NCBI RefSeq assembly: GCF_021730395.1
Contig: NC_069372.1
Coordinates: forward strand, 64,284,221 to 64,348,220
Origin: Mercenaria mercenaria
Lineage: Eukaryota
Direction: 5' to 3'
DNA length: 64,000 nucleotides
The notes below the pieces were generated by a model. That model was given only the letters and a program-made list of their open reading frames with translations. It did no database searches and was not told the DNA's origin. Each line of letters begins with the position of its first letter. Within the stretch, counting starts at the first letter, position 1. Position numbers and translations under genes: made by a program. Of the stretch, positions 62,165 through 64,000 are shown piece after piece.

Positions 62165-64000
62165 AGATAATTATGTCTCCCCCAGGAGACATATTGTTTT
62201 TGCCCTGTCCGTCCGTCCGTCTGTCCGTCCGTCCTTCCGTCCGTCCGTACGTCACACTTCATTTCCGAGCAATAACTGGAGAACCATTTGTCCTAGAACC
62301 TTCAAACTTTATAGGGTTGTAGGGCTGCTGGAGTAGACGACCCCTATTATTTTTGGGGTCACTCTGTCAAAGGTCAAGGTCACAGGGGCCTGAACATTGA
62401 AAACCATTTCCGGTCAATAACTAGAGAACCACTTGACCCAGAATGTTTAAACTTCATAGGATGATTGGTCATGAAGCGTAGATGACCCCTATTGATTTTG
62501 GGGTCACTCCGTCAAAGGTCAAGGTCACAGGGGCCTGAACATTGAAAACCATTTCCGATCAATAACTAGAGAACCACTTGACCCAGAATGTTGAAACTTC
62601 ATAGGATGATTGGTCATGAAGAGTAGATGACCCCTAATGATTTTGGGGTCACTCCGTCAAAGGTCAAGGTCACAGGGACCTGAACATTGAAAACCATTTC
62701 CGATCAATAACTGGAGAACCACTTGACCCAGAATATTGAAACTTCATAGGATGATTGGTCATGAAGAGGAGACATATTGTTTTTGCCCTGTCCGTCCGTC
62801 CGTCCTTCCGTCCGTCCGTCCATCCGTCCGTACGTACGTCACACTTCATTTCCGAGCAATAACTGGAGAACCATTTGACCTAGAACCTTCAAACTTTATA
62901 GGGTTGTAGGGCTGCTGGAGTAGACGACCCCCGTTTGTTTTTGGGGTCACTCCGTCAAAGGTCAAGGTCACAGGGGCCTGAACTTTGAAAACCATTTCCG
63001 ATCAATAACTGGAGAACCACTTGACCCAGAATGTTGAAACTTCATAGGAAGATTGATCATGAAGAGTAGATGACCCCTATTGATTTTGGGGTCACTCCGT
63101 CAAAGGTCAAGGTCACAGGGGCCTGAACATTGAAAACCATTTCCGATCAATAACTGGAGAACCACTTGACCCAGAATGTTGAAACTTCATAGGATGATTG
63201 ATCATGAAGAGTAGATGACCCCTATTGATTTTGGGGTCACTCCATCAAAGGTCAAGGTCACAGGGGCCTGAACATTGAAAACCATTTCTGATCAGTAACT
63301 TGAGAACCACTTGACCCAGAATGTTGAAACTTAATAGGATGATTAATCATGCAGAGTAGATGACCCCTAACGATTTTGGGGTCACTCCATCAAAGGTCAA
63401 GGCCACAGGGGCCTGAACATTGAAAACCATTTCTGGTCAGTAACTTGAGAACCACTTGACCCAGAATGATGAAACTTCATAGGATGATTGGTCATGCAGA
63501 GTAGATGACCCCTAACGATTTTGGGATCACTCTGTTAAAGGTCAAGGCCACAGGGGCCTGAACATGGAAAACCATTTCCAATCAATAACTTGAGAACCTC
63601 TCGACCCAGAATGTTGAAACTTCATAGGATGATTGTTCATACAGAGTAAATGACCCCTATTGTTTTTGGGGTCACTCCGTTAAAGGTCAAGGTCACAGGG
63701 GCCTGAACATTGATAACCAGTTCCGATCAATAACTTGAGAACCACTTGACCCAGAATGTTGAAACTTCATAGGATGATTGAACATGCAGAGTAGATGACC
63801 CCTATTGATTTTGGAGTCAGTCAATTAAAGGTCAAGGTCACAGTGGCCTGTTCATGTAAAATCATTTTTGGAAATAACTTGAGAACCACTTGACCTACAA
63901 TGTTGAAACTTAATAGGATGATTGGACATGCAGAGTAGATGACCCCTATTTATTTTGAGGTCACTTGATCAAAGGTCAAGGTCACAGGAGCCTGAACAGT
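62165..64000 (-). mobile_element. Minus-oriented Helentron-like element(s): hairpin ATGTCTCCcccagGGAGACAT, (GTCC)n tract, then at least 10 copies of a roughly 146-bp satellite monomer. A second, 5'-shortened start lies at about 62762. The array runs to the window end.
   Basis: Monomer period was measured between recurring gggtcactccgtcaaaggtcaaggtcacagg (for example 62501, 62646, 63088 and 63234, giving 145-146 bp). gtccgtccgtcc tracts at 62208-62250 and 62790-62830. Confidence 0.5.

Noticed and set aside
1-64000. A prokaryotic defence or novel operon-type system, as hinted by the task, or a CRISPR array
   Set aside because: The window is clearly eukaryotic, with spliced genes carrying GT-AG introns, SINEs and a LINE. 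The regular repeats are 145-190 bp satellite units without unique spacers. The six-frame ORF track uses bacterial start codons (GTG, TTG), and most ORFs are repeat or antisense artefacts.

Overview
This window is eukaryotic, not prokaryotic. It is AT-rich, has spliced multi-exon genes with GT-AG introns, tRNA-derived SINEs, a LINE reverse-transcriptase fragment, and many short DNA-transposon derivatives carrying internal tandem (satellite-like) arrays plus tetranucleotide (GGAC/GACA)n microsatellites. That repeat repertoire is typical of bivalve molluscs (oyster-like genomes), which is an inference. No CRISPR array, operon or prokaryotic defence or secretion system is present. The tandem arrays here are satellite and minisatellite DNA.

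Two protein-coding genes can be recognised.
- **Major vault protein (MVP)**, minus strand, coding 22648-38094. It is a complete 13-exon gene. All splice junctions were reconstructed by hand and are phase-consistent. It includes a tandemly duplicated pair of 145-nt exons (28019-28163 and 28211-28355) that look like mutually exclusive alternative exons.
- **BRAP/IMP-like E3 ligase**, plus strand. Only its 5' part is in the window (exons at 58197-58370 and 60768-61113). It is recognised by the FxSGNPxVExVxGIxHxYK motif.

The rest is mobile or repetitive DNA.
- An hAT-like DNA transposon (18960-20839) with Ac-type CAGGG termini. Its hAT C-terminal-domain ORF is interrupted by a single in-frame TGA.
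- An hAT-type MITE with a perfect 8-bp target-site duplication (TSD).
- Two copies of a 960-bp long-TIR element with CACGGGTGG termini and 5-bp TSDs, which is Transib-like. The second copy is split by a nested 5'-truncated non-LTR retrotransposon.
- Three tRNA-derived SINE copies with TSDs.
- Several foldback elements.
- At least eight Helitron/Helentron-like non-autonomous elements. Each carries a 145-190 bp tandem array, a (GGAC)n microsatellite and a 3' GC hairpin. Most sit inside MVP introns.
- A dense cluster of about 14 copies of a GCGAAAAC(A/G)CGAT motif in alternating orientation at 4640-4990.
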